From Ignavibacteriales bacterium (GTDB lineage Bacteria > Bacteroidota > Ignavibacteria > UBA10030 > UBA6906), in contig JBBIRR010000033.1 of the NCBI GenBank assembly GCA_037441705.1, positions 1 to 46,165 on the forward strand: 46,165 bases of DNA, in the 5' to 3' direction. Position 1 is the stretch's first letter; every line of letters starts with the position of its first letter. Positions 19,103-27,581 of this stretch are shown one piece after another. Position numbers and translations under genes: made by a program. The notes under the pieces are model-generated. The model did no database searches. It was not told where the DNA came from and saw only the letters and a program-made list of their open reading frames with translations.

Positions 19103-21883
19103 ATGACGTCATCAGCAATTCGACAATCCTTCCTCGATTTCTTCGAGAAGCGCGGGCACCGCATCGTTCCCAGCGCACCGGTGATTCCACACGGCGACCC
19201 GACACTGCTGTTCACGAATGCAGGGATGAATCAGTTCAAGGACGTCTTCCTCGGAACGGGCACACGCGAGTATGTGCGCGCGGCTGACACGCAGAAGTGC
19301 ATCCGCGTCAGCGGCAAGCACAACGACCTGGAAGAGGTCGGACGCGATACCTACCATCACACCTTCTTCGAGATGCTGGGCAACTGGTCATTCGGCGATT
19401 ACTACAAGAAGGAGGCAATCGCCTGGGCGTGGGAGTTGCTGACGAAAGAATGGGGATTGGAAAAAAAGCGGCTGTACGCCACGGTCTATGAGACGGACGA
19501 TGAAGCCTTCGAGTTGTGGAAGACCGTCACCGACATAGACCCGACACATGTTCTTCGTTTCGGAAAGAAAGATAATTTTTGGGAGATGGGAGAAACGGGT
19601 CCGTGCGGGCCCTGTTCGGAGATTCACATCGACCTGACTCCCGATTACTCAGGCGGGCACCTTGTCAACGCCGGTGACCCACGTGTGATGGAAATCTGGA
19701 ATCTCGTCTTCATCCAATACAATCGGAACGAGGCGGGAGAGTTAGAAGAACTCCCCGCAAAGCATGTGGATACAGGCATGGGCTTCGAACGCATCTGCGC
19801 CGTGCTGCAGGGAAAACGTTCGAACTACGACACCGACGTGTTCATGCCGATCATCGGGCGGATTGCCGAGACGGTGAAGCGCGAGTACACGGGTTCGCTC
19901 GACTCGCCCACCGACATCGCCATGCGCGTCATTGCCGATCACATCCGCATGCTCACCTTCGCGATCGCCGATGGGGCATTGCCGGGCAATGAGGGCAGAG
20001 GCTACGTGTTGCGACGCATTCTGCGCCGCGCTGCGCGCTTCGGGCGAACGCTCGGCATGCACGAGCCGTTCATCTATACGATCACCGGCGCTGTGGTCCA
20101 GGCGATGGGCAAAGCATTCCCCGAGATCGTCGAACAACAGGCACACGTCGAACGCGTCATCAAAGCGGAAGAAGAAAGCTTCAACGCCACGCTCGATCGC
20201 GGACTGGAGATCTTCGAATCCGTCGTTGAGCGAATCGGGCATTCGAAAGTGTTCCCCGGCAGCGATGCCTTCAAGCTGTACGATACCTACGGCTTCCCTC
20301 TCGATCTCACGCAACTCATGGCCGAAGAACGAGGACTGAAAGTTGACGTCGGCGAGTTCACCGAATTGATGGAAGAGCAGCGGGAACGCTCACGTAAGAA
20401 AAAGAATTACGTGTCAGGACCCGTTGTAACGTATTGGGAGGATGTAGAGAAAGACGAACAGGCATATCTCAGACTCCGTGAGATACTCGACCGACGGGAT
20501 TTTGTATATGAAGAGTATGAACTGGAAGCGCAAGTTGAACACAACTTGCCTGATGGGTCTCATCGAGCGCTTATTCTTAGCAACACAACGTTCTACTCCG
20601 AAAGCGGTGGGCAAGTCAGTGATACGGGTAGCTTGGTGTTTCCTGAAGTTCAGAAAGAAATCCCTGTTCTTCGGGTAGGTAAGACCGGTAATCGGACAGT
20701 CCATGTAATCAAAGACCTTCCCCAAATTCATCAGGGGGCTAGAGTAATCACCAAGGTTGATGTCCCGCGTCGCGTCAACATCCAGCGCAATCATTCCGCG
20801 ACGCACTTAGTGCATGAAGCGTTGCGGCGCGTTCTCGGCACGCATGTTCACCAGCAAGGTTCGCTCGTCGCTCCCGATCATTTGCGCTTCGACTTCCCCC
20901 ATTTCGGTAAGATCACACCCGAAGAACTGCGCGCGATCGAAGAGATGGTCAACGAGAAGATCGCCGAGGACATCGGCGTGTTCTGGGAGGAGATGCCGAT
21001 CGAGAAGGCGCGCACCATTCCCAACGTGAAGATGTTCTTCGGTGAAAAGTACGGCGACATTGTCCGCGTCGTGTTCATTGATGAACGGTTCAGCGTCGAG
21101 TTTTGCGGCGGGACACACGTGACGCACACGAAGGACATCGGGCTTTTCAAAATCATTTCCGAATCGAGCATCGCCAGCGGCGTGCGGCGCATCGAGGCTG
21201 TTACCGGCGAAGGCATTCAGCGATATATCGAACACCAGCTTACCCGCGCCCGTCAGCTCGACGATCAACTCGCTGCGTTGATGGAGGACGTGGAACGATT
21301 GCAGAAGGAAATGCAACGCCACGGCAGCACGCCCGAGCCCGCTCCGCGTCCCTCGCTCGGCGCGCTTTCGCTGTCATCCGACTCGATGGAAACCTTGCAG
21401 ATGCTCGAACGCGAACGCGCTGCCCGCGAGCAGGCGATCGAACACCTGAGCAAGCATGCGCTTGATCTCCGGAAGCGCCTCAGCGAGCACAACGTGCACA
21501 GAGCGGCGGCTTCGATCGATGCCCTGGTCACCAACGCTCCCGCCCTGAACGGCTTCAAGATCGTCTCGACGAAGGTCGAAGCGGAAACGATGGACGAACT
21601 GAAAAGTCTCGGCGACACGCTGCGCGCTAAACTTGGCAGCGGGGTGGGAATTCTCGCAAGCATCATCGAAGAGAAAGTGGCTCTGGTGTGCGTCGTCACG
21701 GACGATTTGATCCGGACGAAGAATCTTCAGGCGGGAAAGATCGTGAGTGCCCTGGCAAAGGAGCTCGGCGGAGGTGGAGGCGGTAAGCCACATCTTGCCA
21801 CCGCCGGCGGGAAGGACGTCGCCAAGCTCGACACAGCACTGGCACACGCACCGGATGTCGTCCGCTCGTTCTTGAAAAACTGA
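19103..21883 (+). CDS. alaS: alanine--tRNA ligase
   Basis: DPTLLFTNAGMNQFK, YHHTFFEMLGNWSFGDY, DTGMGFER, editing domain HSATHLVH and CGGTH, C-terminal GGGGG DHHA1. Confidence 0.99.
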   Translation: MTSSAIRQSFLDFFEKRGHRIVPSAPVIPHGDPTLLFTNAGMNQFKDVFLGTGTREYVRAADTQKCIRVSGKHNDLEEVGRDTYHHTFFEMLGNWSFGDYYKKEAIAWAWELLTKEWGLEKKRLYATVYETDDEAFELWKTVTDIDPTHVLRFGKKDNFWEMGETGPCGPCSEIHIDLTPDYSGGHLVNAGDPRVMEIWNLVFIQYNRNEAGELEELPAKHVDTGMGFERICAVLQGKRSNYDTDVFMPIIGRIAETVKREYTGSLDSPTDIAMRVIADHIRMLTFAIADGALPGNEGRGYVLRRILRRAARFGRTLGMHEPFIYTITGAVVQAMGKAFPEIVEQQAHVERVIKAEEESFNATLDRGLEIFESVVERIGHSKVFPGSDAFKLYDTYGFPLDLTQLMAEERGLKVDVGEFTELMEEQRERSRKKKNYVSGPVVTYWEDVEKDEQAYLRLREILDRRDFVYEEYELEAQVEHNLPDGSHRALILSNTTFYSESGGQVSDTGSLVFPEVQKEIPVLRVGKTGNRTVHVIKDLPQIHQGARVITKVDVPRRVNIQRNHSATHLVHEALRRVLGTHVHQQGSLVAPDHLRFDFPHFGKITPEELRAIEEMVNEKIAEDIGVFWEEMPIEKARTIPNVKMFFGEKYGDIVRVVFIDERFSVEFCGGTHVTHTKDIGLFKIISESSIASGVRRIEAVTGEGIQRYIEHQLTRARQLDDQLAALMEDVERLQKEMQRHGSTPEPAPRPSLGALSLSSDSMETLQMLERERAAREQAIEHLSKHALDLRKRLSEHNVHRAAASIDALVTNAPALNGFKIVSTKVEAETMDELKSLGDTLRAKLGSGVGILASIIEEKVALVCVVTDDLIRTKNLQAGKIVSALAKELGGGGGGKPHLATAGGKDVAKLDTALAHAPDVVRSFLKN

Positions 21884-21970
21884 GCGTTCGACGGCAGAAT
21901 CCCAGCGGTTGCCGGCAACGCACAACGGACATCGACTCACACATCACTCACTACTCAAGGGGAAGGTTGT

Positions 21971-22576
21971 ATGGCACACTTACCGGTCACCATTCTCGCA
22001 CGCGAAGCCTTCATCAGAGATGAGCTGACGGCGAGCGCTGAAACGAAGAAGAAGATCATCGAAACGTGCACCGACAGAATTGTCAAAGCCGTGGACGTGA
22101 TCATTGATGCACTGAACAAGAAGAAGAAGATTCTGTTCTGCGGCAATGGGGGCAGTGCCGCCGATTCGCAGCATCTGGCAACCGAGTTCACGATCCGGAT
22201 GAACCCGAATATCAAGCGGCCCGGCATCGCCGCGCTGGCCCTCACGACCGATTCCTCGATGCTGACGGCGGGCGCCAACGACATCGGCTACGACAATGTT
22301 TTTGCACGAGCGGTCGAGGCCCTCGGCAACGAAGGAGATGTCCTGATCGGCATCAGCACCAGCGGCAAGTCCGAAAGCGTCAACAACGCTTTCCGCATGG
22401 CGAAAGCCAAAGGCATGAAAACGATAGGTTTCCTCGGCAAGGACGGCGGCTCCTCCAAAGACCTCTGCGATGTGGCGATCATCGTCCCCTCGAACGACAC
22501 CCAGCGCATTCAGGAGGGCCACATCACCATCGGTCACATCATGTGCGGCTTGGTGGAGACGGAGATGTATGGCTGA
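21971..22576 (+). CDS. gmhA: D-sedoheptulose-7-phosphate isomerase (SIS domain)
   Basis: CGNGGSAADSQH, ISTSGKS, RIQEGH. Confidence 0.93.
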   Translation: MAHLPVTILAREAFIRDELTASAETKKKIIETCTDRIVKAVDVIIDALNKKKKILFCGNGGSAADSQHLATEFTIRMNPNIKRPGIAALALTTDSSMLTAGANDIGYDNVFARAVEALGNEGDVLIGISTSGKSESVNNAFRMAKAKGMKTIGFLGKDGGSSKDLCDVAIIVPSNDTQRIQEGHITIGHIMCGLVETEMYG

Positions 22577-22644
22577 GGAGCTTGGAGCCGTGCGGCGCAT
22601 GGCTGCTTCGGTCACAACCTCAACAGGTGCGGCATATCCCCGAC

Positions 22645-24096
22645 ATGACACATCCGCAGAACACACCGCGCGGACTTCGAGCTCGTAAAGGAGATTTTCT
22701 CATTCCCTTCCTCACCGTCGTGTTCGACGCGACGGCGATCGAGTTTGCGTTCTTGTTCTCGTACTGGCTTCGCTTCCGCAGTCCGCTGGTTCACTTTCTG
22801 GGCATGAAAGAGATCGGCGGACCGCCGTTCGAGGGATATCTGTTCGGTTCGTTTTTCATTACCCTCGTTTGGCTGCTGCTGTTCCAATCCCGCAAGATGT
22901 ACGGCACGCGACGGAATGTCTCGCTCTCCGACGAATTCATCAACGTCGTCAAAGTTGTCAGTCTTGGGATGTTGATCGTGATGAGCGCGGCGTTTTTCTA
23001 CCGAGACTTTTCGTACTCCCGGTTCGTCTTTGGTCTGCTGTGGGTCAGTTCCATTGCGTTGATCATGGCGGGCCGGATGATCGTGCTGGCCATCGAGCGC
23101 CACTTCTATCGCAAAGGGCTGCACCTTCGTCAATGCATCATCATTGGGGGCGAGAGCCTTGCGAACCAAACGTATGCCCAGCTGCACCGTCATCCGTCCT
23201 TCGGGTTCAATATCGTCGGCTATTTTGCCGACCGACCTTCGCATGAGGAGACGGCATTAGCCCGTGCGCGCTACTGCGGCACGATCGAAGACGCGCCGGC
23301 GTTCATCCGATCCGAAGGCATTGACCTGGTGTTTATTGCCCTGCGATCGAAAGAACAACATCAACTGTTTAACTTGATCAGCGAATGCGAGGGCGTCAAC
23401 GTCGAATTCATGATGATCCCCGATGTGCTGGACATTCTGACCAGCGACGTGAAGGTTGCGGAGCTTGAGGGGATTCCTTTCCTCAAAATCAAGAGCAACC
23501 CCCTCACGACATGGGGCCGCATCACCAAACGCGCATTCGATATTGCGGTGTCTGCCGCGCTGATCATCCTCCTGTCGCCGCTCTGGCTGCTCATTATGGT
23601 GCTGATCAAACTCGACTCGCCCGGCCCCGTGTTCTTCAAGCAGCATCGCGTGGGTCTGGACGGGCGCGAGTTCAAGATGTACAAGTTCCGTTCAATGAAG
23701 GTCGGCTCGGAAAAATACGACGACGTTGCAGGACTCGGCATCAAGGACGATCCGCGGCGAACGCGGGTCGGGGCCGTCCTCCGCAAACTCAGTCTGGATG
23801 AGCTGCCGCAGCTCTGGAACGTGCTGAAGGGCCACATGAGTCTCGTAGGTCCGCGCCCGGAGCGGGTGAAGTATGTGCAGGTATTTCGCGAGAGCGTGCC
23901 GAAGTACCTCGACCGCCACCGCGTCAAGGCGGGGGTCACCGGTTGGGCACAGGTGAACGGCCTACGCGGCAACACGTCTTTGGAAGAACGCATCAAGTAC
24001 GATCTCTACTACATCGAGAATTGGTCGTTCACGTTTGATATCAAGATTTTGCTGCGGACGCTGCGCGCCATCTTTTCCATCAAACAGGTTGATTGA
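22645..24096 (+). CDS. undecaprenyl-phosphate glucose phosphotransferase (WcaJ/WbaP family); start uncertain
   Basis: 4 N-terminal TM segments plus a Rossmann-like domain, KRAFDI, KFRSM, DELPQLWNVLKGHMSLVGPRP, YDLYYIENWS. Confidence 0.92.
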   Translation: MTHPQNTPRGLRARKGDFLIPFLTVVFDATAIEFAFLFSYWLRFRSPLVHFLGMKEIGGPPFEGYLFGSFFITLVWLLLFQSRKMYGTRRNVSLSDEFINVVKVVSLGMLIVMSAAFFYRDFSYSRFVFGLLWVSSIALIMAGRMIVLAIERHFYRKGLHLRQCIIIGGESLANQTYAQLHRHPSFGFNIVGYFADRPSHEETALARARYCGTIEDAPAFIRSEGIDLVFIALRSKEQHQLFNLISECEGVNVEFMMIPDVLDILTSDVKVAELEGIPFLKIKSNPLTTWGRITKRAFDIAVSAALIILLSPLWLLIMVLIKLDSPGPVFFKQHRVGLDGREFKMYKFRSMKVGSEKYDDVAGLGIKDDPRRTRVGAVLRKLSLDELPQLWNVLKGHMSLVGPRPERVKYVQVFRESVPKYLDRHRVKAGVTGWAQVNGLRGNTSLEERIKYDLYYIENWSFTFDIKILLRTLRAIFSIKQVD

Positions 24097-24097
24097 G

Positions 24098-24403
24098 ATG
24101 ATTCCCCTCTTCGTGTTCTATCTCCACATCGTTGCCATAAGCGCCGTCTTCACGAAACGGTATCAGGAAGAAAGCGTGGGGGAAGGATTGCTTGCGGTGT
24201 TTTTCGTAGCGTTGATCTTCTTCGTCGGGTGGGCAATGGCGTCGTTCATCATGAGACTCTTCATGGAGCCGGCCGGCTTCGGCCCATGGTTCAACCGGGA
24301 CGCCGCTTCGCTTGTGCTGCTTACCATGGGCGAGAGTGTGCTCTATTACTTCTACTTCAAGGATGAGAAGAAAAACACGGAGACCGAGCGCACTCCACGG
24401 TAG
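24098..24403 (+). CDS. small hypothetical membrane protein (3 TM)
   Basis: ATG 1 nt after the wcaJ stop; three hydrophobic segments. Confidence 0.7.
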   Translation: MIPLFVFYLHIVAISAVFTKRYQEESVGEGLLAVFFVALIFFVGWAMASFIMRLFMEPAGFGPWFNRDAASLVLLTMGESVLYYFYFKDEKKNTETERTPR

Positions 24404-24438
24404 CGCCGGACGCGTTGGCTTACCGCGGAGTGCGCAGG

Positions 24439-25635
24439 CTATTCAAATCGGGTTACCCACACACCGTCCTGCTGCACGCCGCGTATGTGTTCCGCGGCCT
24501 GCCGCGCTTCGTCCATCGTGGTGTACCGTCCGACACGCACGCGGTACCACGTTCTTCCATTGACAAATGCTTCGACGACATATGCATCGAAGCCTGCCTG
24601 CTTCCACCTGCTGACGGCCCGATCGGCATCGGCAGTGGACGTCCACGAGGAGACTTGCACCGTGAATTTTCCCGTCCCGCTCGGGGCCTTCGCAATTTCG
24701 GCTCGCGGCTCAGGCGTCTTGACCTCGGGAGTCCTGGCTTCCGACGTCACAGACTCTTTCGGCGGTGGGGGAGTCGGGGTGGGCTCTGCCTTTTTCTCCT
24801 CACGCATCGCCCCCTCGTCCTTCGCCGGCGGCGCTTGAACCGGTGGGGCCGGAAGCGTTTCGGTTACCTGCGGCACTTTGCGCGCGAAGAATTTTCCCCA
24901 CAGATGAATAAAGCCAAACTCGTTGAGCGCAACCGTTATCACCCCCAGAATAATGATCCCAATGAGAATCTGCATCAGAGGGGACATCCCTTCGCCGCCG
25001 GAAATCTCGCGCAGGGTCGGCATCGGTTCTCGCGATTCCACCGGCTGCGTGGGCTCCTCCATCGGCTTGTCTCGTAAGTCGAAGCCTTCTTTGGGCATAA
25101 GTTCTCTCTCCTTGGGTGGTTGGGCACTCTCGGGTTCGGTGACTTCGAGTGGACGCTCAGGGGGAGTGACCTCGCCGGGCGGCGCTGCCGCTTCGGTTTC
25201 GGGCGCCTTCGGTCGAAGTTCCGCTACCTCCCTCCGATACTCTTCCGGTGTAATATCACGATCGGTATCCACGAGCACCGGCTCGCCCATCTCTTCGACG
25301 ATGCGATCGTACCTCGGCTCCCTGCCCGAATATTCCACCTCCCCTTCAATGGGAATCATCTCATAGCGCCCGATGAGAAGCGTTTTCAGATTCCTGTAGC
25401 GCTCGTTCACTTTGTTGGCAAGCTCTTCCTCGACCTCGAAGTACGGCATCCGGCGTTGACGCTTCGCACCGACAACGCGCGTCCCGAACGTTCCGAAGTT
25501 CGGCACTTCCACTCGCTGTCCCTTCTTGAGTGCTGAGAGCAAATATACATAGAATAAGTGTGAAACAGCAACTACACTTGTCTCGTGTGCAACCCGACGG
25601 TCCACACAGCGCTTGAGAAGCTCTTCTCTATTCAT
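24439..25635 (-). CDS. HU-like domain + acidic linker + TM helix + SPOR domain protein
   Basis: N-terminal ALKKGQRVEVPNFGTF (HU fold); TM LMQILIGIIILGVITVAL; C-terminal FTVQVSSW...WYRVRVGRY (SPOR). Confidence 0.85.
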   Translation of the reverse strand: MNREELLKRCVDRRVAHETSVVAVSHLFYVYLLSALKKGQRVEVPNFGTFGTRVVGAKRQRRMPYFEVEEELANKVNERYRNLKTLLIGRYEMIPIEGEVEYSGREPRYDRIVEEMGEPVLVDTDRDITPEEYRREVAELRPKAPETEAAAPPGEVTPPERPLEVTEPESAQPPKERELMPKEGFDLRDKPMEEPTQPVESREPMPTLREISGGEGMSPLMQILIGIIILGVITVALNEFGFIHLWGKFFARKVPQVTETLPAPPVQAPPAKDEGAMREEKKAEPTPTPPPPKESVTSEARTPEVKTPEPRAEIAKAPSGTGKFTVQVSSWTSTADADRAVSRWKQAGFDAYVVEAFVNGRTWYRVRVGRYTTMDEARQAAEHIRGVQQDGVWVTRFE

Positions 25636-25913
25636 GAGGGTTTATTACTCCAATTGATCAGGTCTTGTGATGGAGTGAAGGACAGGTAATCTTTGGGCGG
25701 AATGGTGAAGATTTCGCGTGTTTCGGTGTTCACGCCCTTACGCCCCGGACGATGCTCGACGAGGAAATCGCCGATATTGTCCAGCGTCAGCTCGCCGTGG
25801 GTGAGGATTTCTTCCGTCCAGACGTCGGCGAAGGCGTGGAGGATGTCGCGGACGGTTTGCTTCGAGATGCCTGCCCGCTCCGAAATGGTGTTGATAAGTT
25901 CTTCTTGACTCAT
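25632..25913 (-). CDS. HU/IHF family protein, divergent and net acidic
   Basis: MSQEELINTISERAGISK..., LTLDNIGDFLV, RPGRKGVN, TIPPK..LSFTPS; ATGA overlap with the downstream gene. Confidence 0.85.
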   Translation of the reverse strand: MSQEELINTISERAGISKQTVRDILHAFADVWTEEILTHGELTLDNIGDFLVEHRPGRKGVNTETREIFTIPPKDYLSFTPSQDLINWSNKPS

Positions 25914-25937
25914 ATCAATGACTCCCCAGGAATATCG

Positions 25938-27581
25938 TTACCATGTGTAGCCAAGCGAGAGCATGATTCTGCGCGGCTCGCCGGCGTAGCCTTCCCACGC
26001 ACTCTCCCTTCTGTCGAGAACGTTTGTTACCTCCGCCCCAACCCGGATGCGCTCTCCGTACTCCGCGCGCACATCCCACACAACAAACGCGGGCAACGAA
26101 CGCGCATTCTGCAGGTCGGCGTACCTGCGCCCCGTGTAGCGCACATCGCTCGCGACACGCAGACCCATCGCAAACGCGTGCTGCGCAGTGGCCTTCACAA
26201 GAACCTCCGGCAGATACGGAACGGCCTCAGGTCGGTTCGCTTCCGCCCTGCTCTGCTGCAGCACAACCTTCACTCCGACGAGGCTCGCCCCCGGCTCCAC
26301 ATATATTTCGGATTCGATCGAGGTCATCCTTGTTGTCTGCGTGTACGTTACCTCCCACATTCTTTCCGACGTGTAAGAGAACATCGGATAACCGTGAACC
26401 CGCCTGTACTTGAACGCCGCGCTCGCCTTTCCAACATCTGCAACGTTCACCGCAAGCCCGCCGGTCACGTTCACCACACCGTCGGTGCTTCGTACGGCAA
26501 GCGACGATCGGACAAACGGATTCTCCTGCAAGAAGCTCGACACCGTCCGACGCTGCACGGAAGGCTCGTAGCGTGCAAAGAGCGACAACGCGTTCGTCGG
26601 CGTCCACACGATGCCGGCACGCGGAAGAACCCTCCAGCGCAGAGGATCGGTCGGATTCTCCAGGTAGTGCACGAGAGTTCCACCGGTAACAGTGATGGAG
26701 CCAGCAACGCGCGATTCCGCATAAACACTCAGTGCCGAAAAGAACGGATTGCCGCCGGCAAGCTGTGTCCGGAAATCTTTCCAGAGATTCACTTCACCAC
26801 GTACGCTCGTGTGACCGACACTCTCTGCGGCGGCGATTCTTGCACCGAGAGAAAACTCTTCAGCACGACGGGTATCATCGCTGCGCATGCCGTTGAACAC
26901 GATCTGCACCTCCCGCCTGCCTGTCTCGGCGCTGTTCAGATTCAATTCGCTTTCCACCCGAACCCGTGAGCGCGCTTGAGACGGCGATGTCGATCCGTAG
27001 AGGCGGTAGCGATCTCCGTGTACCGCGAGCGAAGCACTCACGCGGCCGCCGGCAACTACGCCCGCTCGCTCTGAGAGATACCAGGTAGCGGCTGCGGCAC
27101 CGGCGCCGCTGCGGACATCTCTATTCTCGTCCGGACCTTCGCTCGAACGAAAGAAACCGCGGGCGATGAACTCGCCCTGCGGCGAGGCAGATCCGACCCA
27201 ACCCAGCAGAAGAGGCGTCACATAGCTGCCGTACCCTGCCGTCACCTTGCCCTTCATTGCAGCCGGCGTACCGACAAACTCCGACTCCCATCGCCTCCCT
27301 AAAGCGACGACCCTGATCTCCTTCTCTCCAATGCTCACAGGTTGTGTACTCACGTCAAAGATGTGTTCCTCGACGATCGGGAGTTTCGTCCGTCGGGGAA
27401 AAGTTTCCTCAACGCTCGGCGTACCATCATGATGTCGGTTGGTGTCGGCAGACATTGTCGTCAATGTGAGAGTATCAACTGCGACCGTTGTGTCTGGTAC
27501 GGGGTGGCCGGGTTCGTTCTGTGCGAACCCCAGCGGCGCTGTGAGAAGGAGTCCGCACACGAACGCCGCGCTCCGGGTCAT
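25938..27581 (-). CDS. outer-membrane beta-barrel protein (TonB-dependent-receptor-like C-terminus, no evident plug)
   Basis: Signal peptide (GFA-Q); alternating beta strands; RYTGRRYAD, VTNVLDR, terminal IMLSLGYTW beta-signal. Confidence 0.75.
   Translation of the reverse strand: MTRSAAFVCGLLLTAPLGFAQNEPGHPVPDTTVAVDTLTLTTMSADTNRHHDGTPSVEETFPRRTKLPIVEEHIFDVSTQPVSIGEKEIRVVALGRRWESEFVGTPAAMKGKVTAGYGSYVTPLLLGWVGSASPQGEFIARGFFRSSEGPDENRDVRSGAGAAAATWYLSERAGVVAGGRVSASLAVHGDRYRLYGSTSPSQARSRVRVESELNLNSAETGRREVQIVFNGMRSDDTRRAEEFSLGARIAAAESVGHTSVRGEVNLWKDFRTQLAGGNPFFSALSVYAESRVAGSITVTGGTLVHYLENPTDPLRWRVLPRAGIVWTPTNALSLFARYEPSVQRRTVSSFLQENPFVRSSLAVRSTDGVVNVTGGLAVNVADVGKASAAFKYRRVHGYPMFSYTSERMWEVTYTQTTRMTSIESEIYVEPGASLVGVKVVLQQSRAEANRPEAVPYLPEVLVKATAQHAFAMGLRVASDVRYTGRRYADLQNARSLPAFVVWDVRAEYGERIRVGAEVTNVLDRRESAWEGYAGEPRRIMLSLGYTW

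Noticed and set aside
20395-20762. Intein, intron or DGR variable region in alaS
   Set aside because: No C/S...HN intein ends, the frame is continuous, it replaces rather than adds sequence, and no template repeat or reverse transcriptase is in the window
21908-21956. GTTGCCGGCAAC palindrome and short ACTCAC repeats between alaS and gmhA
   Set aside because: Too short to distinguish from chance, with no U-tract; not called as a terminator or operator
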